Virus record (IMG/VR): IMGVR_UViG_3300033074_000711
Span: 91,931 to 155,930 of that record
Reading direction: 5' to 3' (one strand)
DNA from: a virus
Taxonomy: Duplodnaviria > Caudoviricetes
Length of the DNA stretch: 64,000 bases
Shown here: piece by piece, positions 1-8,848 of the stretch
Position numbering within the stretch: position 1 is the stretch's first letter
Layout: each line of letters begins with the position of its first letter
Notes under the pieces: model-generated
Seen by the model: the letters and a program-made list of their open reading frames with translations, nothing else
The model's database searches: none
What the model was told of the DNA's origin: nothing
Translations under genes and position numbers: made by a program

Positions 1-3
1 GAA

Positions 4-276
4 TTGAATGGTAATGAAAAGATAACTAGTAATCAAATCATAATAGGTTTTTTAACTAATGGTAATGGGCCAAACACTGTAACTTTAGGCAATGATGATA
101 TTACTAAAACATTTTTAAAAGGTAATGTCGGTATAAAAACTAATCCAGTTTCACACTCATTAGAGGTAAGCGGTAGCATATATGCCAGTGAATATTTTAT
201 TTTAAAATCACCAAACGGTAATAAATGGAAAATTTCAGTTGATGATAGTGGTAATTTAAATTCATCATTATTGTAA
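4..276 (+). CDS. C-terminal part of a tail/fibre-type virion protein (probably 5'-truncated by window edge)
   Basis: GNVGIxT...LEVSGSI fibre repeat; C-terminal LKSPNGNKWKISVDDSGNL motif typical of phage fibre termini. Confidence 0.6.
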   Translation: MNGNEKITSNQIIIGFLTNGNGPNTVTLGNDDITKTFLKGNVGIKTNPVSHSLEVSGSIYASEYFILKSPNGNKWKISVDDSGNLNSSLL

Positions 277-293
277 TAAAAAATTAAAAATTT

Positions 294-303
294 TATATTT
301 ATA
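294..303 (+). promoter_or_regulatory. putative late promoter TATATTTAT(A), first of about 11 intergenic copies
   Basis: Same motif at 6012, 10971, 22091, 24416, 24831, 36152, 37791, 42943, 49627 and on the minus strand at 63830-63838, mostly upstream of virion or leader-bearing genes. Confidence 0.55.
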
Positions 304-346
304 AATAAATATGAAAGAAAACAAATAAAACAATTAGGAATAAATT

Positions 347-640
347 ATGCCAATAGATAATTTCGAAACAATATTAACAGGCAGTGATAATATAAAAGCA
401 TTAAAATTATTAGCGGGTGCTAGAAAAGCTTTTGTATTAACAGCTTCAGACACAGTTGATGAAACATTATTATGTAGAGCAATACATAGTAATTCAGATG
501 GTACAATACGAGTATTATTAGCAGATGATAGTACGCCAATTGATTTTAAAGTAATAGCTGGTGCTGTTTATAATCTTCGTGTAAAAAGATTATTTGTTAC
601 AGGAACTGATGCTGGAATGAATATAATAGGATTGGAATAA
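347..640 (+). CDS. head spike base protein (RcGTA Rcc01079-like)
   Basis: 97 aa; AFVLTASD...RAI....GTIRV...G.VYNLRVKRLFVTGTDA..IIGL pattern matches this family; AGGA RBS. Confidence 0.65.
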   Translation: MPIDNFETILTGSDNIKALKLLAGARKAFVLTASDTVDETLLCRAIHSNSDGTIRVLLADDSTPIDFKVIAGAVYNLRVKRLFVTGTDAGMNIIGLE

Positions 641-642
641 CA

Positions 643-867
643 ATGGGTGGTTTAGGTTTTGGTTTAAGATTTATATTTAATCTTTTTAGAGGGCGAAGTA
701 GTTATAGTGCATATGTTAAAACTCGTTCGAATGATTATATATTAACTAGAGATAATAGAAAATTACTAATACCATCTTCAATAGATTTAGTATCTATAAA
801 AATTTATACCAAAGATGAAAATCAAATATTAACTAAATCTGGTATAGAGTTAAATTTAAAATTGTAA
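643..867 (+). CDS. putative head-fibre adapter
   Basis: N-terminal MGGLGFGL (like the GLGLGL N-terminus of spike-bound head fibres); two T[RK]xxxxILT[RK]x repeats. Confidence 0.45.
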   Translation: MGGLGFGLRFIFNLFRGRSSYSAYVKTRSNDYILTRDNRKLLIPSSIDLVSIKIYTKDENQILTKSGIELNLKL

Positions 868-886
868 TAATAAGGAATTGTAAATT

Positions 887-2797
887 ATGCCACAAATATA
901 TGGACTCAATGACCCACAATTAAATACCATTACTCCACAATTAACAGATGTTATATTAATAGAAAATGCATCAGAAACTGGTAAGTGTACGTTAGAATCG
1001 GTTAAACAAATTTTATTAAATGAAGATATTTATTATGATATAGGTGTAATGGGTACTGAAGGTGCTGGCGTTGGCGTAATACCAACTAGATATTTACCCT
1101 GGTACATTAGACCTATGGAAGGCACTGAAATAAAAGGTAGTGTTAATTATGGTAATTATAAATGTGTTATTGATAATTCTATAATGGTGTGTATTACAGC
1201 GTTTGTGTATAAATTAGAACATAATGGTACTACATTAATAAATAAAATTACAATTAAAAATTTTAAAGATTATAATTTTGATGAAAATTTAGCTATAGCA
1301 GATGGATTTGTATTACCAAGAGCATTTATAGATGGTGGTGAATTTAAAACTGCAATTTTAGTTGATAAATATAAATGGTCACTTACAAATGCAGTTGAAG
1401 GTGTAAGCGGAATAGCAAGTTCGATTAAAAACAGTAATCCAATATCAAGTTCGAGTGCTATGAAACGCTGGCGAACAGCTAATATTAGCAATGCAGTTGC
1501 TGGTAGTGGTATAGTCACTATCACAAGTACATCGCACGGATTCAAATCAAATAATACCGTCACTATTAGCGGTGTTGTTGGGATGACAGATATTAATGGT
1601 ACTTTCGTAATTACGGTAATTGACACAAGTAGTTATTCAATCCCCGTTAGCACAGTACAAACATACATAAGTGGAGGAGTTGCAAAAGTTGCGAATTATC
1701 CCGGCTCGTTTTCTAATTGTATTTCCAACGGACAAACGCCTGCTGATATTTATGGCGGTGCTTATTCGGTAGCAAAATCAAGAGGAAATGACTTTTTTGT
1801 TACTCCTATATATGTTTGGCAAGCAATACAAATATTACAACAAGCACATGCTCAAGCTTCTACAAGTAGTACTTATTGTGCTTGGTATGACGGAACGGGA
1901 GCTAAAAATTATCCAAAAGGGAATAACAACTATGGTGCTGATATAGATGACGGTACAATAACATTTTCTAATTGTACTGATGATTATTGGAAGGCATTAC
2001 CCGGAAATGAAGCCAAACAAAATGGGGGAGCAAGTAATTTAGCAAAGACTACGCATAATGGACAGGAATGCGGAATTAGTGGTGTGAATGGGAATCAATT
2101 TGATGTAGTAAGCGGGCTGACTTGTAAAACGACAACTTACACGATTGATTTGCTAACAGGTGATGGTTCAAAAGTAACAATTCATACAACAGCAAGCCAC
2201 AATAGAAGCGTCAACGATTGGATTATGCTAACTAATCTTGGTGCAGAAATTACCGATAAGTTGTTTAAAGTTACGGATATAGTTGATAGTCAAACGCTAA
2301 AAGTAGCAAGTGCAGTAACAAGTTTCACAGATACAAGTGGAACGATGACGGCTGGGACATTTTATTTGTTAAAAGATACGTTCCAAGTCAAAAATCTTAC
2401 AGGCGGGAATAGTTTAACAACAACAGATATGTTTAACTCTACATTTCTAAGTACTTATTGTGACATAGTTACTCCCGATTTCGTAAATGAAGGTGCTTTT
2501 GCTCAAAAGCATGGAAATGGAGCAAACCAAGTGCTTGAATTTAGCACGAATAAAACGTCAAATGCTTACAAAAAAGCGAGTGCCTTAATGCCAAAAGCAA
2601 ATGGTGTAAGTTCTTTGGGTACGAATCAATTTGGAATAGATTATTTTTATCAATATTTGCGTGACGAACTCGTCCCGATTGTTGCCGGTAGTTGGAATAA
2701 CGGTTCCTATGCGGGCGTGTTCTATTTGACCTTGTCTTACAACCGTACAAACTCGATCAGTACTGTTTCGGGTCGCTCTTGCCTGTATGTAAATTAA
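887..2797 (+). CDS. fibre/receptor-binding protein with C-terminal C-type lectin (Mtd-like) fold; DGR target
   Basis: LPRAFIDGG, VDKY, THNGQECGISGVNGN and C-terminal AGSWNNGSYAGVFYLTLSYNRTNSISTVSGR are CLec/DGR-target hallmarks. Confidence 0.75.
   Translation: MPQIYGLNDPQLNTITPQLTDVILIENASETGKCTLESVKQILLNEDIYYDIGVMGTEGAGVGVIPTRYLPWYIRPMEGTEIKGSVNYGNYKCVIDNSIMVCITAFVYKLEHNGTTLINKITIKNFKDYNFDENLAIADGFVLPRAFIDGGEFKTAILVDKYKWSLTNAVEGVSGIASSIKNSNPISSSSAMKRWRTANISNAVAGSGIVTITSTSHGFKSNNTVTISGVVGMTDINGTFVITVIDTSSYSIPVSTVQTYISGGVAKVANYPGSFSNCISNGQTPADIYGGAYSVAKSRGNDFFVTPIYVWQAIQILQQAHAQASTSSTYCAWYDGTGAKNYPKGNNNYGADIDDGTITFSNCTDDYWKALPGNEAKQNGGASNLAKTTHNGQECGISGVNGNQFDVVSGLTCKTTTYTIDLLTGDGSKVTIHTTASHNRSVNDWIMLTNLGAEITDKLFKVTDIVDSQTLKVASAVTSFTDTSGTMTAGTFYLLKDTFQVKNLTGGNSLTTTDMFNSTFLSTYCDIVTPDFVNEGAFAQKHGNGANQVLEFSTNKTSNAYKKASALMPKANGVSSLGTNQFGIDYFYQYLRDELVPIVAGSWNNGSYAGVFYLTLSYNRTNSISTVSGRSCLYVN
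2657..2797 (+). repeat. DGR variable region (VR); no template repeat seen in window
   Basis: Abrupt GC rise; invariant residues use A-free codons (ccg, gcg, gtg, ttg, tcg, cgc, ctg); variable positions are all NNY (AAY-derivable). Confidence 0.7.
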
Positions 2798-2815
2798 TTA
2801 AATTAAAGGTGAAAA

Positions 2816-3208
2816 ATGTATTATTATAATATTAATGAAATAGTAAAAGATTTTACAACTTATTCAATAGTTGTAGACGAAGGAAATAGATTAATAAAAT
2901 ATTCTGATGGATATTATGGAACAGAAAAACCTATTAATATGGATAAACAATATTCAGAATGTCAAATAATTGAAATACAATTTAATGATATTAAATCAAT
3001 GCTCGATAATTGTAATCATATGAAAATGATTAATAATCAAATTGTTTTTGAGATTAGATTAAAATATTCTATTGATGATGAAATGAAGTTAATTAAAAAA
3101 GCATTAATAAATCCATTAGACAAGGAATATTTGGAAATGCAAAAGTATATTGAAAATATTAAAAATATTTATAATATAACAAAAAAAGATATGGGATTAA
3201 TATTATAA
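2816..3208 (+). CDS. hypothetical protein, possible fibre chaperone
   Basis: Directly follows fibre gene; AAGGTG RBS; role inferred from position only. Confidence 0.5.
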   Translation: MYYYNINEIVKDFTTYSIVVDEGNRLIKYSDGYYGTEKPINMDKQYSECQIIEIQFNDIKSMLDNCNHMKMINNQIVFEIRLKYSIDDEMKLIKKALINPLDKEYLEMQKYIENIKNIYNITKKDMGLIL

Positions 3209-3225
3209 TAATGGAAAAATAAATT

Positions 3226-5004
3226 ATGGCAGATGTATTATTTCAAAATTTACCTTCACAATCAGTAGTAGCACCATCACATGAAGTATTGTTAGATAAT
3301 GGTTCAGTAACAGGTAGAGCAACAGTTAGTAAATTAATAGATTTATTTAATAACTCTGGTAGCATTAATACGTTAACATCATCTGGAAGTATTAATATTA
3401 AATCAAATTCAGATTCTTCTGGTGGTGGTGATATTAATTTTTTAGTTGGTAATAACGTATTAAATAATAAAATTAAAAGTAATGCTGGTGGTACACAAGG
3501 ATTATTTGAAGTAATTGAAACTCATATAAGTAGTTCGTTTTTATCAGCATCAGCTAATTCTGTTGGAATTGGTGCAAAAGAAAATCAGCTATATCGTATT
3601 GATGACGCTGGTAAAACAGGACAATTAATTTGTGCCGATGATTGGGGCGAGCCAAAAGGGGGATACATGTTTGATGGAGTGAATGATTATATTAGTGTAC
3701 CAAATAATTCTAACCTTAATTTTGGAATAGGTGATTTTAGTCTATCTTGGTGTGGGATCGTGAATAATCCTACTTCGGGATCCCAACACTTGGCTGGGAA
3801 AAGAGGTATTGGGTCTAATTGGTATAGAATAGTATTATATTCTACTTCGGGTAAACCAACATTAGAAGTAAACACAACTACAAGATTACAAGCAAATACA
3901 GTTTTGCAAGCTAATACTCTATATCATATAGTAGTTACAAGAATCAATGGAATTGCATACATATATATCAATGGGAAACTTGATATTTCTGGTAGTCTGA
4001 CATCTGATGTTAGCAATACTGATACATTTACGATCGGAGCTTATAGTTCATCAAATTATTTTAATGGAAAAACATTCTTTGCAAGAGTTTATAATAGAGG
4101 CTTATCCACTTCCGAAATTCTTAGTTTGTACAACAATGGATTGACAGGTCAAAATGTCTTACCGATTGCGGATGTAGGGGCGAATAATGATAACATGATA
4201 GGTAGTACATGGTTAGCTGTAGGGAATGTAAGCGAATTAGGGAGTGTTATAACATATTCACCCGATGGTATTACGTTCACTTATATACGGAATTCATTCG
4301 CTATTAGTGGGAAAAACAAAAAAAAATATAAATTAACATATAGTATTGTTTCTAACACGCTTATCGGTAATGGTGTCTTTTCATTAATGGGTAAAGCTTT
4401 AAGTGCTGGGAATAGTTTATATAACGGAAATAATTTACCACTTAATACTTCAATCGGATTTCATGCTATCGAATTTACGAGTGGAGACCAAAATACTTTA
4501 ACTCAAGAAGGTTTTCAATTATCTGCAGGATATACATCAGGGAATCTTGTTGTAGATAGCATATCAATTACCCAAATCGGTTGTGTAGCCGAATATCTTC
4601 CCGAAAATGCGGGTCGTATTGGTTGGATAGAAACTATGAATGGATTACATGGTAGTACAAGTGGTTCACCTATTTGTTTAACAGCAGAACAGAGTTCGCA
4701 AGTATATAAAGATTATAAATCAACTGTAACTGGAAATACAACATTAACATCTATTATTCCAAAAAGATATATATTAAAACAAATAATAATAGAAAATACA
4801 ACTGCTAATACTTTTACATTAAATATAGGTAGTAGTACTTCAGGTGGAACTGACATTGTTAATGGAGCATCAATTGTAAGCGGATTAACTACTATTACAA
4901 TTAATAAAACATTTTCACTAACAGCAGACCAAACATTATATCTACAAAGTAGTAATTGGAACTCTAGTTCAAATAATTTTTATTTTATAATGGAAAAAAT
5001 ATAA
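3226..5004 (+). CDS. fibre protein with LamG/concanavalin-A-like domain
   Basis: FDGVNDYISVP...FGIGDFSL...YHIVVTR...IYINGKL...IGAY...RVYNRGLSTSEI; N-terminus similar to that of 887..2797. Confidence 0.75.
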   Translation: MADVLFQNLPSQSVVAPSHEVLLDNGSVTGRATVSKLIDLFNNSGSINTLTSSGSINIKSNSDSSGGGDINFLVGNNVLNNKIKSNAGGTQGLFEVIETHISSSFLSASANSVGIGAKENQLYRIDDAGKTGQLICADDWGEPKGGYMFDGVNDYISVPNNSNLNFGIGDFSLSWCGIVNNPTSGSQHLAGKRGIGSNWYRIVLYSTSGKPTLEVNTTTRLQANTVLQANTLYHIVVTRINGIAYIYINGKLDISGSLTSDVSNTDTFTIGAYSSSNYFNGKTFFARVYNRGLSTSEILSLYNNGLTGQNVLPIADVGANNDNMIGSTWLAVGNVSELGSVITYSPDGITFTYIRNSFAISGKNKKKYKLTYSIVSNTLIGNGVFSLMGKALSAGNSLYNGNNLPLNTSIGFHAIEFTSGDQNTLTQEGFQLSAGYTSGNLVVDSISITQIGCVAEYLPENAGRIGWIETMNGLHGSTSGSPICLTAEQSSQVYKDYKSTVTGNTTLTSIIPKRYILKQIIIENTTANTFTLNIGSSTSGGTDIVNGASIVSGLTTITINKTFSLTADQTLYLQSSNWNSSSNNFYFIMEKI

Positions 5005-5060
5005 TGGCAATTAGATACAATTGGTAGTAGAGATGAATATGTTAAATAAGGAGTATAAAA

Positions 5061-5324
5061 ATGCCAGCTAAAACAAAATCTCAAAGAAGATTAATGGGTA
5101 TGGCTCTCGCTTATAAGAGAGGAGAATTAAAATCTGCTAGTGATGAAGTTAAAAAATTAGCAAGTAGTATGAGTGAAAAAGATTTAGAAGATTTTGCAAG
5201 TACATCAGAAGATAATTTACCAGAAGAAGAACTTAAAGAATATTATAAAAAATTATTGAATAAAACAAAAAAGATTATAAATTTATTAGAGAGAAAAATA
5301 AATGGAAATTTCAAAAATTTGTAA
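5061..5324 (+). CDS. DUF3008-like protein with C-terminal copy of leader motif
   Basis: MPAKTKSQRRLMGMALAYKRGE...SMSEKDLEDFAST; strong AAGGAG RBS. Confidence 0.65.
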   Translation: MPAKTKSQRRLMGMALAYKRGELKSASDEVKKLASSMSEKDLEDFASTSEDNLPEEELKEYYKKLLNKTKKIINLLERKINGNFKNL

Positions 5325-5532
5325 AGTAAAAGTGTTAGATAAAACTTCAACACACGTATTAGTAAAAGAATTACGAAAAGACCCAGATGATATTTACATC
5401 TTCGATATAGTAATAAAAGATTCTAATGGAGATATAATCGAAACCTTAGCTACTGATAGATATGAATTAACAACAAGTTCACCATTTAAATTAACAAAAA
5501 CTGAATTAGGTAAATTAATTGGCAACGAATAG
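5302..5532 (+). CDS. hypothetical protein
   Basis: ORF overlapping neighbours in operon. Confidence 0.55.
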   Translation: MEISKICKVKVLDKTSTHVLVKELRKDPDDIYIFDIVIKDSNGDIIETLATDRYELTTSSPFKLTKTELGKLIGNE

Positions 5533-6007
5533 TATTTTAGCAAATGATGATATTAATTCTAATGGGTATATAACAGGTAAAAAATCTGGTGTATATGCTT
5601 ACTTAAGTGCAAGTGCTGATACTGTAATTATTTCAGCAGGAACTTATTATCCAATAAGTGGTTCTTTTATAAACACACCTATAAATAATTTTAGTTTAGT
5701 TGCAGACCCTGCTATAAAATATGATGGTGCTTTAACTCAATATTTTGAAATTGATTGACATGCTAGTTTAAGTGCTAATGTTAATGGCGCTACAGCAAGA
5801 GTAGGAATAAAAAAGAATGGTAATATTGTACCATCACCTATGAGTGCTTATTTAAAAACTGCAGGTGAAATATATGCATTAAGTGGTACATGTATTACTG
5901 AATTAGCAATTAATGATAAAATTCAGTTGGTCGTTACTTCAGATGGTGATGGTGATATAATAAATTTTTTAAATTACACAGCAACAATAACGGAATTTTT
6001 TGATTAG
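5519..6007 (+). pseudogene. beta-sandwich (C1q/BclA-C-like) virion protein interrupted by one in-frame TGA at 5756-5758
   Basis: Frame stays open 82 codons past the TGA (HASLSANVNGATARVGIKKNG...ELAINDKIQLVV...EFFD) to TAG 6005-6007. Confidence 0.6.
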
Positions 6008-6052
6008 ATTTTATATTTATAAAAAGTATAAAACTTATAATGGATTGATGAT

Positions 6053-6562
6053 ATGGCTAATGAATGTATATTTCATAACGATTTTATGAAAACTGTTAAC
6101 TCGGATATTAATATGTTAAAAGAAAATATAGAAGATATAAATAATAATTTTGATAAATTATTTAATCAAGTATCATCACTTGATAAAAAAATAGATAAAT
6201 TTGGTAGTATAGATATAATAAACGGTGGTGGATTGAAAGTAAAAGTATCATTTAATGAAATAATACCAAATTTATATAATGTCACAAAAGATTTAAGATT
6301 AATAGTTGAAAATAATCAAAATAAAATGTATAAATTATTTGATGATTATAAAATGACGCCAGATAAGTTAATGGAAATGGCTGAAGAAAAGCTACCAGAG
6401 TTAATAATAAAAGCGGACGAAATTAGAAGTGAAAAAATAGATAAAAAAATAAACAAAAGTAATAAATTTTTTGAGTTTGTTTTAAATGGTGGTAAAATAT
6501 TATTTTATGTTGTTGTTGGTTTTTATTTTATTTTACAAATTTTACAAAAAAAAGTTATCTAA
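6053..6562 (+). CDS. coiled-coil protein with C-terminal transmembrane helix (holin/XhlA-like candidate)
   Basis: Heptad N-terminus; hydrophobic ILFYVVVGFYFILQIL; late motif at 6012. Confidence 0.45.
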   Translation: MANECIFHNDFMKTVNSDINMLKENIEDINNNFDKLFNQVSSLDKKIDKFGSIDIINGGGLKVKVSFNEIIPNLYNVTKDLRLIVENNQNKMYKLFDDYKMTPDKLMEMAEEKLPELIIKADEIRSEKIDKKINKSNKFFEFVLNGGKILFYVVVGFYFILQILQKKVI

Positions 6563-6594
6563 CTATTTACTTTTAGAAAATTTTTTATTATATT
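6560..6594 (+). promoter_or_regulatory. repeated sigma70-like promoter (TAACTA-TTTACT-N17-TATATT), copy 1
   Basis: -35 TTTACT, 17-bp spacer, -10 TATATT; conserved in 10 copies. Confidence 0.75.
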
Positions 6595-6635
6595 TACAAG
6601 TATAATTAAAAATTTTTAACAAGGAGTTATGAAAA

Positions 6636-7079
6636 ATGAAAGAGTTATATGAAAGTGACGAATTAAAAGAAATCGGTGAAAAAATTATTGCCAAAGAAAA
6701 TTTAGATTTTGGTAATACAAGAATAGGTTATGTAATGGTTGAACCATATATTTCGAAAACAGTGTGCGGTAAATGCATTAGAAGTAATAATGAATTAAAA
6801 TTATTTTCTAATAAAGATTATATCATAGAAATTTCTTTTGATATATGGAATAAATTAGAACCAGAACAACAAGAATTATTAATGCTACACGAATTAATGC
6901 ATATTTTAGTTGTTCAAGACAAAGAAGGTAATAATCTATATAAGATTAGACCCCATGATATAGAAGATTTTGAAAAAATAATTAAAAAATATGGCACTGA
7001 CTGGATTAAAAAAATAAAACTATCTGTATCTAGTTTGTATGATTTAGACCCAAGTCAAGAAGATTTAATAAAAATTTAA
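6636..7079 (+). CDS. putative phage metallopeptidase
   Basis: LMLHELMH (HExxH) plus IRPHDIEDF..IIKKYG. Confidence 0.75.
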   Translation: MKELYESDELKEIGEKIIAKENLDFGNTRIGYVMVEPYISKTVCGKCIRSNNELKLFSNKDYIIEISFDIWNKLEPEQQELLMLHELMHILVVQDKEGNNLYKIRPHDIEDFEKIIKKYGTDWIKKIKLSVSSLYDLDPSQEDLIKI

Positions 7080-7091
7080 AAATTTTTTAAT

Positions 7092-7126
7092 TAACTATTT
7101 ACTTTTAGAAAAAAATGTATTATATT
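7092..7126 (+). promoter_or_regulatory. repeated sigma70-like promoter, copy 2
   Basis: taactatttacttttagaaaaaaatgtattatatt. Confidence 0.75.
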
Positions 7127-7149
7127 TACAAAATCAATTTAATTAATTA

Positions 7150-7410
7150 ATGGAGTTACACATGGCTACAAAAAAAGAAGTAAAAAAACAAGTTAAAGTT
7201 ACAACAAAAAAATCTTCAAAAAAACCGCTAACACTTTCCGAGAGAGTTAGACGGGTTTACAAAAAGTATGGAGAAAAATGTAAATCAAATGATTTTCTAA
7301 TCTCCAAAATGAAAGAAGATTTTGAAAGATTAGGGTCGGATAAAACTAGATTTAATGGCTCTGTAAAGAGAATATTAAATCGAATGTTAAAAAATGGTGA
7401 CCTAAATTAA
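7150..7410 (+). CDS. small basic protein (possible DNA-binding); start may be 7162
   Basis: Lys-rich; GGAG upstream of ATG 7162. Confidence 0.55.
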   Translation: MELHMATKKEVKKQVKVTTKKSSKKPLTLSERVRRVYKKYGEKCKSNDFLISKMKEDFERLGSDKTRFNGSVKRILNRMLKNGDLN

Positions 7411-7434
7411 AATTGATAACTAAAATTAACGTGA

Positions 7435-7839
7435 GTGCCCAATTATTTGGGTACTCTATACTCTTTTATGGAAAACAAAAATAAAACATTATACTGCAGT
7501 TGTGGGAATGAAGTAATTGTTCCAAATATGGATAAAATAATTGACGTTAAATGTTGGAGATGCACATGTATTATGTCATTTCCAAAAGAAGATGAAATTC
7601 AATCAGTTGATAATAAAGATAAAAGATATAAAAAACCAAAAGATTGGATTTATTTAGATGAATTTATAGATATGTTTGGTAATATTTATAAATTTGGAAA
7701 AAAAGTAGGAGAAAATGGTACACCCACAGACTTAACAAATATTAAAAAAAGAATAAAGCAAGCTAAAGAAGCTTCTTTAGTTAAAAAAGGAAAAGAAATA
7801 ATTAAAATAAAAAAAGGAATAAAAAAACATGCGGAGTAG
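7435..7839 (+). CDS. hypothetical zinc-ribbon protein
   Basis: CSCG...CWRC; W....EFID.FGNIY. Confidence 0.55.
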   Translation: MPNYLGTLYSFMENKNKTLYCSCGNEVIVPNMDKIIDVKCWRCTCIMSFPKEDEIQSVDNKDKRYKKPKDWIYLDEFIDMFGNIYKFGKKVGENGTPTDLTNIKKRIKQAKEASLVKKGKEIIKIKKGIKKHAE

Positions 7840-8152
7840 AACTATTTTGATAATGGTAGTTGATGAAGGTGTTGAAAGATTAATACCAATGAATTCTGCA
7901 GACCCTGCTGAAAAAATTAAAAATTGGTTAGACAAAAATTTTGGTTCTGATGATGAATTAAAAAGAACATCATGGGCTAAAATAAAATGTATTAAAGAAT
8001 TATTAAATGGCAGGATGATGATAGAAACTCTTAAAAATTTCTATATGATTCATGGTGTTGATGTTTTATTTTATTGGGATGAATCACATCAATTATGGCA
8101 TATTAAAAGTTTAAAAAATGTTTTAGTTGATGCTGGTGTAAAGTTTGATTAA
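7829..8152 (+). CDS. hypothetical protein
   Basis: Operonic ORF. Confidence 0.55.
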   Translation: MRSRTILIMVVDEGVERLIPMNSADPAEKIKNWLDKNFGSDDELKRTSWAKIKCIKELLNGRMMIETLKNFYMIHGVDVLFYWDESHQLWHIKSLKNVLVDAGVKFD

Positions 8153-8558
8153 TATTTTATATTTATGTGATTCACATGAATCTAGAAAAAATGGTTTAAA
8201 GTTAATTAAAATTTTAGATGAAAATTCTGGAATTTTATTTACATTTCCAAGTGAATTAAAATATACCTTTACTAATAAAGATATACCATATGGTATATGT
8301 GCAATATTTTTTGATAAAAATTATAATATTGTTAATAAACAATTAGTAAAACCATTTCAATTAAAATTTAATTCACCATCAAATTTTAAATATGTTATTG
8401 AGTGTCATGAAAATTTATATAATAATATAAATAATGATGACACTTTATTTAATATTATTGATAACAAATATAAAAACATATTAGAACACAAAATTTATAC
8501 AAAAAAAGATAAAACAGAAACAAAATTAACAAATCTTTTATCAGGTATGAAATGGTAA
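8145..8558 (+). CDS. DUF192-like protein
   Basis: SRKNGL...ENSGILFTF...IFFDKNYNIV...YVIE pattern. Confidence 0.55.
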   Translation: MINILYLCDSHESRKNGLKLIKILDENSGILFTFPSELKYTFTNKDIPYGICAIFFDKNYNIVNKQLVKPFQLKFNSPSNFKYVIECHENLYNNINNDDTLFNIIDNKYKNILEHKIYTKKDKTETKLTNLLSGMKW

Positions 8559-8848
8559 CATTTATATTAGTAATATTAATTTTAATTCTTGTATATATTG
8601 TAATTATACAAGAATTAAAGATAAAAAAATTATTAAGTGTGTATGAAGATAGTATAGAATTTAAAGAAAGAATGGTGATAAAATTAAACACAGTTTTACA
8701 AAATATTAGAAGTGTTGATTTTAAAGGTTCTTTTGAAACAGATGATGAAATAAGTTTTATATGGATTTTTATAAAAGAATCTATTAATGAAATTAAAAAA
8801 TCTTTGGAAATTATTGAGAGACAAAATGCCAAGAAAAAAGACAACTAA
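8552..8848 (+). CDS. membrane-anchored hypothetical protein
   Basis: N-terminal TM helix; GSFETDDE motif. Confidence 0.6.
   Translation: MVTFILVILILILVYIVIIQELKIKKLLSVYEDSIEFKERMVIKLNTVLQNIRSVDFKGSFETDDEISFIWIFIKESINEIKKSLEIIERQNAKKKDN

Noticed and set aside
5756-5830. Selenocysteine codon with bacterial SECIS
   Set aside because: No convincing hairpin after the TGA, no redox motif, and the tRNA-like element lacks the long arms of tRNA-Sec
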